Source of the DNA: an uncultured Verrucomicrobiae bacterium
Lineage (GTDB): Bacteria > Verrucomicrobiota > Verrucomicrobiia > Limisphaerales > Palsa-1400
Direction of reading: 5' to 3'
DNA: 64,000 nucleotides
Assembly: GCA_963702845.1 (NCBI GenBank)
Contig: OY969763.1
Coordinates: 2,272,001 to 2,336,000, forward strand
Shown here: one piece after another, positions 9,164-18,241 of the stretch
How the letters are laid out: each line of letters starts with the position of its first letter
Position numbering within the stretch: position 1 is the stretch's first letter
Notes under the pieces: model-generated
Told to the model about the DNA's origin: nothing
Databases searched by the model: none
Seen by the model: the letters and a program-made list of their open reading frames with translations, nothing else
Made by a program: the position numbers and the translations under genes

Positions 9164-10495
9164 ATGATGCCGGCATTTATCTTTACGACGGGCATTGAAA
9201 ATTCTTATCCGACCATCAATCGCGGGAAAACGCGTGTCGATGAAATGGAGAAATGCGGGCACTACCAACATTGGCGAAAGGACTTTGATTGCGTTAAGGA
9301 CCTGGGCGTCTGTTTTTTGCGCTACGGTCCCCCGCTCCACCGGACATGGGTTGGCGAGAGTCGATATGATTGGTCGTTTGCGGATGAAACGTTCCAAGAC
9401 CTTTATAAAAGGAAAATAATTCCAATTACTGATTTATGCCATTTTGGCGTGCCGGATTGGATCGGGAATTTTCAGAACCCGGACTTCCCAGAGTTGTTCG
9501 CGCACTATGCACACGATTTCGCGTCTCGTTTTCCATGGGTGCAACTCTATACGCCCGTGAACGAGATGTTCATTTGCGCGGTATTTTCGACTTTGTATGG
9601 CTGGTGGAATGAACAAATCCAAACCGACCAGGCATTTGTCACCGCGCTCAAACACATCGTAAAAGCGAACGTCCTCGCGATGAAGGCGATTCTTGGCGTG
9701 CGGCCCGACGCGCTATTCATTCAAAGCGAATCTTCCGAGTATTTTCACGCTGATAATCCAAAGGCAATCAAGCCGGCTGAAATTCTAAACTCCCGACGCT
9801 TTCTTTCGCTCGATTTGAATTACGGCAAGCGCATCGAGTCGGAGATGTACGAATACCTCATGGACAACGGCATGACGCGCGATGAATACCATTTTTTCCT
9901 CCAAACGCATCTGAAGCACCATTGCATCATGGGAAACGACTATTATTCGACGAACGAACATCGTGTCTGGGAAGATGGTCGCACGGAAGCGTCGGGCGAA
10001 GTTTTCGGTTACGATCAAATCACGCGGCAGTATTACAACCGATACCGTTTGCCGGTGATGCACACGGAAACCAACACTATCGAAGGCCCCACTGGTAACG
10101 AGGCGGTATTCTGGCTTTGGAAGGAATGGGCGAATGTGCTTCGGTTGCGCAATGACGGTCTGCCGATCCTGGGTTTCACATGGTATTCGCTGACTGACCA
10201 GGTGGATTGGGATGTTGCGTTGCGCGAGAACAATGGGCGCGTGAATCCGTTGGGATTGTACGACCTGGAGCGGAAGCCCCGCGCGGTGGGTAAGGCCTAC
10301 AAGAAACTGATCAAAGATTGGCAACACGTTCTGCCGATGCAAAGCGTCTGCCTGCGTGTGCCGATTGTCCCGCCGTGGGAATATAAATGTGAAGCCAATG
10401 GGCGAGCGCGTGAATATCAACGTTGGGAAGACCACCACGTCGCACGTGCGCTCGGTGAATTAAAGGAGGATAAGTCACATGCGGTTTCAAAATAA
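9164..10495 (+). CDS. GH1-like glycoside hydrolase
   Basis: LCHFGVPDW, YTPVNEM (acid/base), HTETN (nucleophile), GFTWYSLTDQVDW; start set at ATG 9164. Confidence 0.8.
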   Translation: MMPAFIFTTGIENSYPTINRGKTRVDEMEKCGHYQHWRKDFDCVKDLGVCFLRYGPPLHRTWVGESRYDWSFADETFQDLYKRKIIPITDLCHFGVPDWIGNFQNPDFPELFAHYAHDFASRFPWVQLYTPVNEMFICAVFSTLYGWWNEQIQTDQAFVTALKHIVKANVLAMKAILGVRPDALFIQSESSEYFHADNPKAIKPAEILNSRRFLSLDLNYGKRIESEMYEYLMDNGMTRDEYHFFLQTHLKHHCIMGNDYYSTNEHRVWEDGRTEASGEVFGYDQITRQYYNRYRLPVMHTETNTIEGPTGNEAVFWLWKEWANVLRLRNDGLPILGFTWYSLTDQVDWDVALRENNGRVNPLGLYDLERKPRAVGKAYKKLIKDWQHVLPMQSVCLRVPIVPPWEYKCEANGRAREYQRWEDHHVARALGELKEDKSHAVSK

Positions 10496-11216
10496 GGTCG
10501 CGATCATCACCGGCGCGGACAGCGGGATTGGATTGGCAACCGCCAAACGTTTTGCTAGTGAGGGTGCAAAGGTTGTGCTGGTCGCGAGAAACCCCGAAAA
10601 ATTACAGTCTGCTGAAAAAGAAGTTCGCGCTGCGGGTGGAGCGGACGTTTGGTCTGCACAATGCGACGTATCAAAGGAAGCGGAAGTCCAAAGCACGGTG
10701 GAACAGACATTGAAGCGGTGGAACCGTCTCGACGTTGTCGTCAATAACGCGGGCCTGATGGTGTTCAAAACGATTGAACAACATACGGAAGAAGATTGGT
10801 TGAAGATTTTGCAGGTGGATTTGCTGGGCGCATTCTTTTTTACGAAGCAAGCGTTTCTGCATATGAAGCCAGGTGGCGCGATCGTCAACGTTTCGAGCAT
10901 TCATGCAGTTGAGACGGAACCTCAAGTGGCGTCTTATGCCGCAGCAAAGGCGGCGCTGCTCTCACTGACGCGTTCCACGGCGCTCGAGGGTAAGCCGAAA
11001 GGAATTCGAGCGAACGCGGTTTTGCCGGGGGCGATCGATACACCGATGTTGTGGGATAATCCGAATGTGCGAGCGGGCATCGAAAAGGTCGACGAAGCGG
11101 ATGTTGGCAAAGCGGAAGATGTGGCGGCGGCGATTGCGTTTTTGGCTTCGGACGACGCGGCTTTCGTGCAAGGCGCGATGTTACGCGTCGATGGCGGGCG
11201 ATTGGATCGGCTCTAG
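10479..11216 (+). CDS. SDR family oxidoreductase
   Basis: TGADSGIG, NNAG, YAAAK, VDGG. Confidence 0.92.
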   Translation: MRFQNKVAIITGADSGIGLATAKRFASEGAKVVLVARNPEKLQSAEKEVRAAGGADVWSAQCDVSKEAEVQSTVEQTLKRWNRLDVVVNNAGLMVFKTIEQHTEEDWLKILQVDLLGAFFFTKQAFLHMKPGGAIVNVSSIHAVETEPQVASYAAAKAALLSLTRSTALEGKPKGIRANAVLPGAIDTPMLWDNPNVRAGIEKVDEADVGKAEDVAAAIAFLASDDAAFVQGAMLRVDGGRLDRL

Positions 11217-11343
11217 TTTTCGCGCTGCACACGTTGCTTTGCGGAGGCAGCGACGATTGATGGGAGGCTCCAACAACCGTTGTTTGGCGTTTCCTTCCTT
11301 GCCTCACCTCCGGAATTCGCACATTTTCTTCGCGTTGAAAGAC

Positions 11344-12405
11344 ATGAATATCCCCGAACATCGCAAAGCGATTGACAAGTTGGACGAACAAATCGTGCGA
11401 CTGCTCAACGAGCGAACCAAACATGTTCTGGAAATCGGCGCGATTAAAATCAAGGCCGGTGAGGAGATTTACGCGCCGCATCGTGAGCGGCATGTATTCG
11501 AGCGCGTAGCGAAAATCAATAAAGGGCCGATGACGGAAGAGTCATTGCGCGCAATTTACCGCGAGATCATGTCGAGCGCGCTGTCGCTCGAAAAGACGAT
11601 GTCGATCGCGTATCTCGGGCCTGAGGCGACTTTCACGCATCAGGCGGCGATCCAGAAATTTGGGGCCAGCCTCAAGTACGCTGAGCAAAAGACGATCGCG
11701 GATGTGTTCACCGAAGTCGGCAAGAATCGCGCCGATTATGGCGTAGTGCCGGTGGAGAATTCCACCGAAGGCGTGGTGACCCATACGCTCGACATGTTTG
11801 CCGAAAGCGATTTGAAGGTCGTCGCGCAGATTATTTTAAAGATTCAATACTGTCTGGGTTCGAAATCGAAACTGCACGACATCAAAAAACTTTACGTTCA
11901 TCCGCAGGCACTGGGGCAATGTCGGATTTGGGTGCAAAAAAATTTACCGAACGTGGAAATCCTCGAAGCGTCGTCGAATGCGCGTTCGGCCGAACTGGCG
12001 TCAAAGACCGCGAATGCAGCAGCCATTACTGGTTTTCTTGCGGCGGAAAAATATAGTCTGCCGGTTGTCGAGCGCGACATCCAGGACTTGAGCACGAATG
12101 CGACGCGATTTTTGGTGCTCGGCCGTCAATGCAGTCCACCAACCGGGCAGGATCGCACGAGCTTGATGTTGAGCATGGCGCATGAAGTCGGCGCGTTGCA
12201 CAACGCTCTCGGCCCATTTCGCAAATACAAGATCAACATGACGAAGATCGAGTCGCGGCCCAGCAAGCGCAAAGCGTGGGAGTATTTCTTCTTCGTCGAT
12301 TGCGACGGGCACATGAACGATAAGAAAGTGGCGAAAGCAATTGCTGACCTGCACCGGGTTTGCAATTTTGCCAAGGTCCTCGGCTCGTATCCGAACTCGG
12401 AGTAA
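11344..12405 (+). CDS. pheA: Chorismate mutase / prephenate dehydratase
   Basis: HRKAIDKLDEQIVRLLNER, YLGPEATF, PVENSTEG, NATRF, KIESRP; start at ATG 11344. Confidence 0.95.
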   Translation: MNIPEHRKAIDKLDEQIVRLLNERTKHVLEIGAIKIKAGEEIYAPHRERHVFERVAKINKGPMTEESLRAIYREIMSSALSLEKTMSIAYLGPEATFTHQAAIQKFGASLKYAEQKTIADVFTEVGKNRADYGVVPVENSTEGVVTHTLDMFAESDLKVVAQIILKIQYCLGSKSKLHDIKKLYVHPQALGQCRIWVQKNLPNVEILEASSNARSAELASKTANAAAITGFLAAEKYSLPVVERDIQDLSTNATRFLVLGRQCSPPTGQDRTSLMLSMAHEVGALHNALGPFRKYKINMTKIESRPSKRKAWEYFFFVDCDGHMNDKKVAKAIADLHRVCNFAKVLGSYPNSE

Positions 12406-13016
12406 TGTTCACGTTTACAACCAGACGCGCAACGACGGACGACCTTGGCGCACTGGCGGCGCTGTGGCAGACGGCGCAATTACCCGCGCAGGAGTTGGAA
12501 AAACACTTCACCGATTTCCAGGTGGCCATCGACCACAACGGGAGGTTATCGGGTGCAATCGGGATGCAGGTCGTCGGCCATGAGGGACGTATTTATTGCG
12601 AAGCATATATTGATTTCGGCCTGACGGATCCCATTCGTCCCCTGCTCTGGAAACGTTTGCAAACGCTCGCCCAAAATCTTGGTCTGTTCCGGTTGTGGAC
12701 GATTGAGTCGGCGCCGTATTGGAAGAAAGAAGTTGGTTTTGTTGGTGCGGATACGGCGAAGTTGGAAAAATTGCCCCAAGCCTTTGGGCCACGCGAACAG
12801 GCGTGGATGACGTTGCAATTGAAGGAAGAAATCGCAGCTCCGGAACATCTCGAAAAGGAATTTGCGGTTTTTAAAGAAGCGCAGCGTGCCGAGAGCGAAA
12901 GGATGTTTCAACAAGCCAGGATGTTGAAAATCCTCGCGACAGTTCTTGCCGTGCTCCTGTTATTCTTCGTTGTCGCTGCCGGAGTCTATCTGCTCCGGCG
13001 CGGTCATCCGCATTAA
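12405..13016 (+). CDS. GNAT-like protein with C-terminal membrane anchor
   Basis: RRATTDDLGALAAL N-terminus typical of GNAT folds; hydrophobic C-terminal helix; TAATG overlap with pheA. Confidence 0.55.
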   Translation: MFTFTTRRATTDDLGALAALWQTAQLPAQELEKHFTDFQVAIDHNGRLSGAIGMQVVGHEGRIYCEAYIDFGLTDPIRPLLWKRLQTLAQNLGLFRLWTIESAPYWKKEVGFVGADTAKLEKLPQAFGPREQAWMTLQLKEEIAAPEHLEKEFAVFKEAQRAESERMFQQARMLKILATVLAVLLLFFVVAAGVYLLRRGHPH

Positions 13017-13023
13017 CGCGACG

Positions 13024-15537
13024 CTACGGTTGATCCACGACGTTCAATGTAGCGCTCGGCACTCCCGGTTTGATCCACGTAAGCGTCCCAGCCGGAATAC
13101 CATTCGTCAAACGTATCCAGCCGTGGAGCATGCCCGTGTGTTTGTATAAGTCGACGTGGACCGGAAATTCGTCAGTGCTCGTCAATGATGCGCTGACTGA
13201 AATCTTCGTGGAATCCGCCAGCTTTCCGGACATCTTTACCACGCCAGCGACCGTATTCGTAACAAACGCCTGGCCTCCGATCACATTGTTCAAATCGACG
13301 AAGTTCACATTGTTCCCGGACGCTCGGGTCGGATTCGATGAACTGTAACGCGTGACTTGCGCGCGCAACGGCACGGACCAGCCTTCCGCAGCGCACGAGA
13401 TGTTACCGGAAATAGTGCCGACTGGTGAATCGGACCAAAGCTGCACCACGACATTACCTTTGCTGCGTGTAACCAGGTTGGACGAAGAAGCTGCTGCGTC
13501 GAATTTTCCACCCAGTGAATACGAAGTGCCGGCAATGTCGATCTTGCCGCTGTACGTTCCATTGGTCGTTACCACGAAATTCAAGAGCGAGCCCGAGCTT
13601 GCATTCAACACATTGGTCGTGTTTGCGAACAAGCCGTTATAAGTTCCGGCCATGGCGTAAACGCTCAGCACCGCATTGCTGCTTTGGACGTAATTGCCGT
13701 TGTCCGCGACGCAGTAATACACGCCGCCATCATTGGCCGTGACCGAAGTAAGAGTCAGCGATGTGTTGGTCTCATTCACCAATAAACCGATTGAACCGGA
13801 CTTCACGACATACCACTGATAGCGCAATGGCTGAGTGCCATTTGCGGCAGCGGTGAAGGTATAGGACTGGCCAACAACCAGCGCCTTGCTCACGGGCTGT
13901 AGGTAGAAGACTGGATCGATCACTGTAATCACAGCAGGACTACTGGTAACAGTGACGTTGCCAGTTACATCGACAGTGTAACTGCCGGAATCCGCGCGCA
14001 GCGCATTGGTGACGGAGTAGACAGAGTTCGTTGCGTTGGAAATCAATGAGCCATTCTTGCTCCATTGATACGTGTTATTCGTCGTGCCACCGACAGTAAC
14101 CGTCAGCGAGAAATTGCTCGTCGCATTTACAGTCTGATTCGTAGGCCCGCTCACAATGTATGTCCCGAGCGCCAGGGCTGAATCGACGGACGTCACAGAA
14201 CCCGCCGAATTGCTGACGATGCACGAATACGTGCCGACGTTGCCTGATTGAACAGAGCTGACTGTGTAGCTCGAAGCCGTTGCACCCGGGATAGCAACAC
14301 TGTTAAACAACCATTGAAACGAGAGTGGTGTCGAGCCAGTCGTTGTAATGCTAAAAGTTGCCGACGAGCCGGCATTCGCAATCACCGATACAGGTTGCGA
14401 TACGATTGAGGGAGGCGTTACGGGCACGTTGACGGTTAACATCGCTCCTGCGGACGAAACAGAACCAGCCGAGTTACTCACTGAACACGAGTACGTGCCC
14501 GCGTTGTTGGTTTGAACAGCAGTGATGGTGTAACTGGACGCTGTCGCGCCAGTCAAAGCCGTGCCATTAAACAGCCATTGATATGAAAGCGGGCTTGAAC
14601 CCGACGCAGCCACCGAAAAAGTTGCTGACGCCCCCGCATCAGCAGTCACAGAAGTTGGCTGTGTCACAATCGAAGGCGCGACAATAGTCGCAATGTTGGT
14701 CACGTTCAAGACGACGTAAATACTGGTCACACTGCCCCATGGATTGGAAACAGTTACGCGGTAGTTATTCGCGTCGGCGCTGGTAACGCTCGGCAGGTTC
14801 AGCGTTGCAGTGGTTGCGCCGATCACGTTGCCGTCGTCGGTCAGCGCTGCTCCGTTTCTGAACCATTGATAAAAGAGAGACGTTCCCGAAGCGACGACAG
14901 AAAAACTGACGTTGCCACCCGTCGGCGAAGCTACGTCATGCGGCTGCGTAACGATCACAGGAGCGGTCCCAGACAAGACCGACAACGTTGAATCGGCGGA
15001 CGTCACCGAACCAAACGCATTAGTAACATAGCAGGCATACGTTCCAGCGTTACTGCTTTGAACAGACGCAATTGTGAAGGTTGAATCGGTGGCGCCGGAG
15101 ATATCCGTTCCATTAAGACGCCACTGATACGACAAAGGCATTGTTCCAGACACCATGAGACTAAACGTCGCCGAAGCTCCCGAATATGCCGTCACGGATG
15201 ATGGCTGTGTGGTGACTACCGGCGCCGTTCCGCTAATCGTTGTAGCGATGTTCGTGCTGACGATATTCGCAAAATCGCTCTCGGTGCCATTTGCATCATG
15301 CGAAGTGGCGGTGAAATAATAAGTTCCGCCGGGAAGGACTGGCGTGGTCAATGTGAGTGCCGTCCCTGCATCAAGGCGATTCGTATAATTGCCCGGAGCG
15401 GGTCCATAGTACACGGCGTAGCCGACAACTGTTGGATCCGTGCTCGCGTCCCATGCGAGGTTTACTGATTGGCCGCCCGAAGCGAGCGCGTTCAAAAGCA
15501 AAGATATTGCAAGAAGGGTTCTTTTTAAAATGGACAA
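13024..15537 (-). CDS. Secreted FN3 plus multi-Ig-domain protein
   Basis: Signal peptide, LAWDAS...GTYYF FN3 module, about six QP...YQW...GTYxC/V Ig repeats. Confidence 0.85.
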   Translation of the reverse strand: MSILKRTLLAISLLLNALASGGQSVNLAWDASTDPTVVGYAVYYGPAPGNYTNRLDAGTALTLTTPVLPGGTYYFTATSHDANGTESDFANIVSTNIATTISGTAPVVTTQPSSVTAYSGASATFSLMVSGTMPLSYQWRLNGTDISGATDSTFTIASVQSSNAGTYACYVTNAFGSVTSADSTLSVLSGTAPVIVTQPHDVASPTGGNVSFSVVASGTSLFYQWFRNGAALTDDGNVIGATTATLNLPSVTSADANNYRVTVSNPWGSVTSIYVVLNVTNIATIVAPSIVTQPTSVTADAGASATFSVAASGSSPLSYQWLFNGTALTGATASSYTITAVQTNNAGTYSCSVSNSAGSVSSAGAMLTVNVPVTPPSIVSQPVSVIANAGSSATFSITTTGSTPLSFQWLFNSVAIPGATASSYTVSSVQSGNVGTYSCIVSNSAGSVTSVDSALALGTYIVSGPTNQTVNATSNFSLTVTVGGTTNNTYQWSKNGSLISNATNSVYSVTNALRADSGSYTVDVTGNVTVTSSPAVITVIDPVFYLQPVSKALVVGQSYTFTAAANGTQPLRYQWYVVKSGSIGLLVNETNTSLTLTSVTANDGGVYYCVADNGNYVQSSNAVLSVYAMAGTYNGLFANTTNVLNASSGSLLNFVVTTNGTYSGKIDIAGTSYSLGGKFDAAASSSNLVTRSKGNVVVQLWSDSPVGTISGNISCAAEGWSVPLRAQVTRYSSSNPTRASGNNVNFVDLNNVIGGQAFVTNTVAGVVKMSGKLADSTKISVSASLTSTDEFPVHVDLYKHTGMLHGWIRLTNGIPAGTLTWIKPGVPSATLNVVDQP

Positions 15538-15714
15538 GGGACTGAACGGGTTAAGGGTCTAACTTTCTGACTAAGTGTCACAAACTGGAACACAGCGACC
15601 CAACTACTCCATTACACACGCAAAACCCGTAACCAGAGTGAGGCAGGACTGATGTCCCTCTAACGGAGTCTGTTTTTCCGTCACCTCCTTGCAGTAACGA
15701 GACGAGTAATCGGT

Positions 15715-18150
15715 CTAGTGCAGGTAGATAGCAGCGTTTGTGCCACCGACAGTCCCGACGGCGGCATTGGAGTTTTGAAGAACTATCCCGTAAGCAGTGC
15801 GAGCGACGCCTCCAGCAATTGTGGAAGGCAAATTCACCGTAATCAAGCCGGTGGCAGTCGATACCGTTCCGGAAATATGCGCCGGAGAAACAATCGCGTT
15901 GTTGTTGGTAAGTCCCACCGAATATGTCGAGGCAATGGCTTTGCCGACGTTGAAATCCAACGAACCGGATGAAAGCACAACGGCAGGCAGGGAGGCGTGG
16001 TAGACGGATCCAAAAACATCGACAACATTTTCTACACCCGCCGGGAACATCTTGCTGACCAGGTTCGTTGCCGCTGGCTGAGACGGCTTTACCCAGGCAA
16101 GTCGGCCAGCGGGCGCACCGTTGGAAAAGTTGATCCAGCCGTGTAGCATGCCTTGATGGGCATACAAATCGATGCACACCGGCCAATCGCCATTCTGCGA
16201 AAGCGGTGCGCTATATGTAAGCTGCGTGAGATCGGCGAGCGCACCCGTCATGCTGACGGTTCCGGTTGGCATGTTTGTGATGAGGCCGTAACCGTATCCA
16301 ATTGGAGAATCTGAACTGGTTGAACTCAGCGGCGGGATAGCCATGGTGTAGCGCGCGGCCATCGGGTTTGGATTCTTTGCATTGTAATACGCCAGGTCGG
16401 CGCGTAATCGCGAGGTCCAACCTTCAACGGCGCACGAAACCGTTCCCGTAATTTGCTTCGTGCCATTGATGAAGTCCAATTGCATGGAAACCGTGACACT
16501 TGGTTTTCCAGTTCGATTTATTGTTTTGGAGATAGTTCCCAAGGGGCTGAATGTGCCCGCCAATACGTAGAAAGTTCCGTCGACGAACAGCTTGCCTGAG
16601 AAAGTTCGAGCAGTGCTGACGGCGACGCTCGACAGTAATCCTGCGCTAGGAGTTGTCACTCCATCATCCTCGGCAAACAGGCCGTTGTAAGAGCCAGACA
16701 TCTGGTTTGCGATGATGCCGTTCGTCACGAAATTCGCAATGAGCGAAAGGTTATTGGTCATGCGGAAGTTCAGCGTTGCGTCGGTTCCAAAAACTACGCC
16801 AGAGGCGTCGGTCCAGTTTACGAACCAGTTGCCGGGCTTGGGCGTCGCTTTGATTGAATAATTGCGGCCGATTTGCAGCCACGCGCCATTGCGGGCTGAA
16901 CCAAAGACCAATACGCCTGCTGGCGCCGTTGTTCCGTAGCCATTGGTAGCGACTGCGAAACGATTGGTCGTGCGAAGGAAAATCGTGCGCAGGACCGTGG
17001 AGGTTAACCCGGCAGAATCGGTCGCGACGATTTGGAATGTATTCGTACCGTCGACAAGCGGCACAACGTTGGTCCACACCTTGGAAGTGTTCGGTCCGAC
17101 TAGCGTTGGCGAAAAAGTCAGCGGCGGCCAGCTCGGGATAGTGCGCGTGACGGTTAAGCCAGTGACGACCCCCTTGTCGCTAACGGCACCGGAAAGCGGA
17201 ACATTCGGAGCAATAGTCACGAAAGCACCGTTGGTGTATTTGTGGCCGTTCGGAACTGTCGTGTTGACCGTAGGCCACGTTGTGGTGGCAATTGGGGCGG
17301 TGGGGCCGGACGAAATCGTCAGCTGCGCCGAACCAGAGATAACCGGATCAGGCGCGGAGTTATGCAACACGCAGCGATAACCGCCACCATCAGTTGTTTG
17401 CACACTCGAAATCGTGTAGGTGCTCGCGGTCGCATCGGAGATATCCAAGCCGTTCTTTTGCCACTGATATGACAACGGCGTATCGGTAGAAGCTGAAACT
17501 GAAAAAGCGGCCCCTACTCCCACGAAACTAGTCACGGGCACTGGTTGGTCAATGATTATCGGCTTATTATAAGCGTTCAGCACGGCGTCCGAGCTTTGAG
17601 CAACACCGACTTGATTGCTGATGATCACTGAATAAGTTGCCGAATCCGAAACGGACGCGTTTAAGATCATAAGACTGGCCGAGGTCGCGCCGTTGACACT
17701 CGCAGAGTTGCCCAGCACGGTTCCATTTTTCTTCCAAAAATACGAAACAAACGCGCCCGAGGAGCCGACCGAAAAGACCGCATCTGAACCAGCGCTGATT
17801 ATCGAGTTGCCCGGTTGAAAGGTGATCGCGGGCGGTTGCGTCAAAACGTTGCTATTGATGATATTAGCAAAATCACTTTCCACTCCCTGGGCGGTGCGAG
17901 AGGTTGCCGTAAAATAATAAGTGCCATCTGTGAGGGGCGGCGTGGTAATGCTCAGATTGGTACCGGCATCGAGGCGGCTTGTATAGTCTCCCAGGGATGG
18001 ACCGTAGTAAAGATAGTACCCAACGACGTTTGTATCGGTGCTGGCGTCCCAGGCAAAATTTAACGGCTGACCACAAAAACCCGACAAGCTCGCAAGAAAA
18101 GTTATCGCGAGCAACACTGCAAATCCAAATGGCACACAACGGGGTTGCAA
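15715..18150 (-). CDS. Secreted FN3 plus Ig-domain protein, paralog of the neighbour
   Basis: FAWDASTD...RLDAGT...ESDFANI shared with 13024-15537; two Ig repeats, FVNW...LIANF repeat, GSYNGLF C-terminal domain. Confidence 0.85.
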   Translation of the reverse strand: MQPRCVPFGFAVLLAITFLASLSGFCGQPLNFAWDASTDTNVVGYYLYYGPSLGDYTSRLDAGTNLSITTPPLTDGTYYFTATSRTAQGVESDFANIINSNVLTQPPAITFQPGNSIISAGSDAVFSVGSSGAFVSYFWKKNGTVLGNSASVNGATSASLMILNASVSDSATYSVIISNQVGVAQSSDAVLNAYNKPIIIDQPVPVTSFVGVGAAFSVSASTDTPLSYQWQKNGLDISDATASTYTISSVQTTDGGGYRCVLHNSAPDPVISGSAQLTISSGPTAPIATTTWPTVNTTVPNGHKYTNGAFVTIAPNVPLSGAVSDKGVVTGLTVTRTIPSWPPLTFSPTLVGPNTSKVWTNVVPLVDGTNTFQIVATDSAGLTSTVLRTIFLRTTNRFAVATNGYGTTAPAGVLVFGSARNGAWLQIGRNYSIKATPKPGNWFVNWTDASGVVFGTDATLNFRMTNNLSLIANFVTNGIIANQMSGSYNGLFAEDDGVTTPSAGLLSSVAVSTARTFSGKLFVDGTFYVLAGTFSPLGTISKTINRTGKPSVTVSMQLDFINGTKQITGTVSCAVEGWTSRLRADLAYYNAKNPNPMAARYTMAIPPLSSTSSDSPIGYGYGLITNMPTGTVSMTGALADLTQLTYSAPLSQNGDWPVCIDLYAHQGMLHGWINFSNGAPAGRLAWVKPSQPAATNLVSKMFPAGVENVVDVFGSVYHASLPAVVLSSGSLDFNVGKAIASTYSVGLTNNNAIVSPAHISGTVSTATGLITVNLPSTIAGGVARTAYGIVLQNSNAAVGTVGGTNAAIYLH

Positions 18151-18241
18151 GGGTGATTTAGTGGATTCATGCTACAACGCGTCGCAGCCTCAAACAATCT
18201 CCAAATGACGAAATGTCACTAGGTTTTTCCCTGCCGAACTC

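Noticed and set aside
15540..15712. Riboswitch between the Ig-domain genes
   Set aside because: Only a short TGACGGA/TCCGTTA stem; no recognisable aptamer consensus
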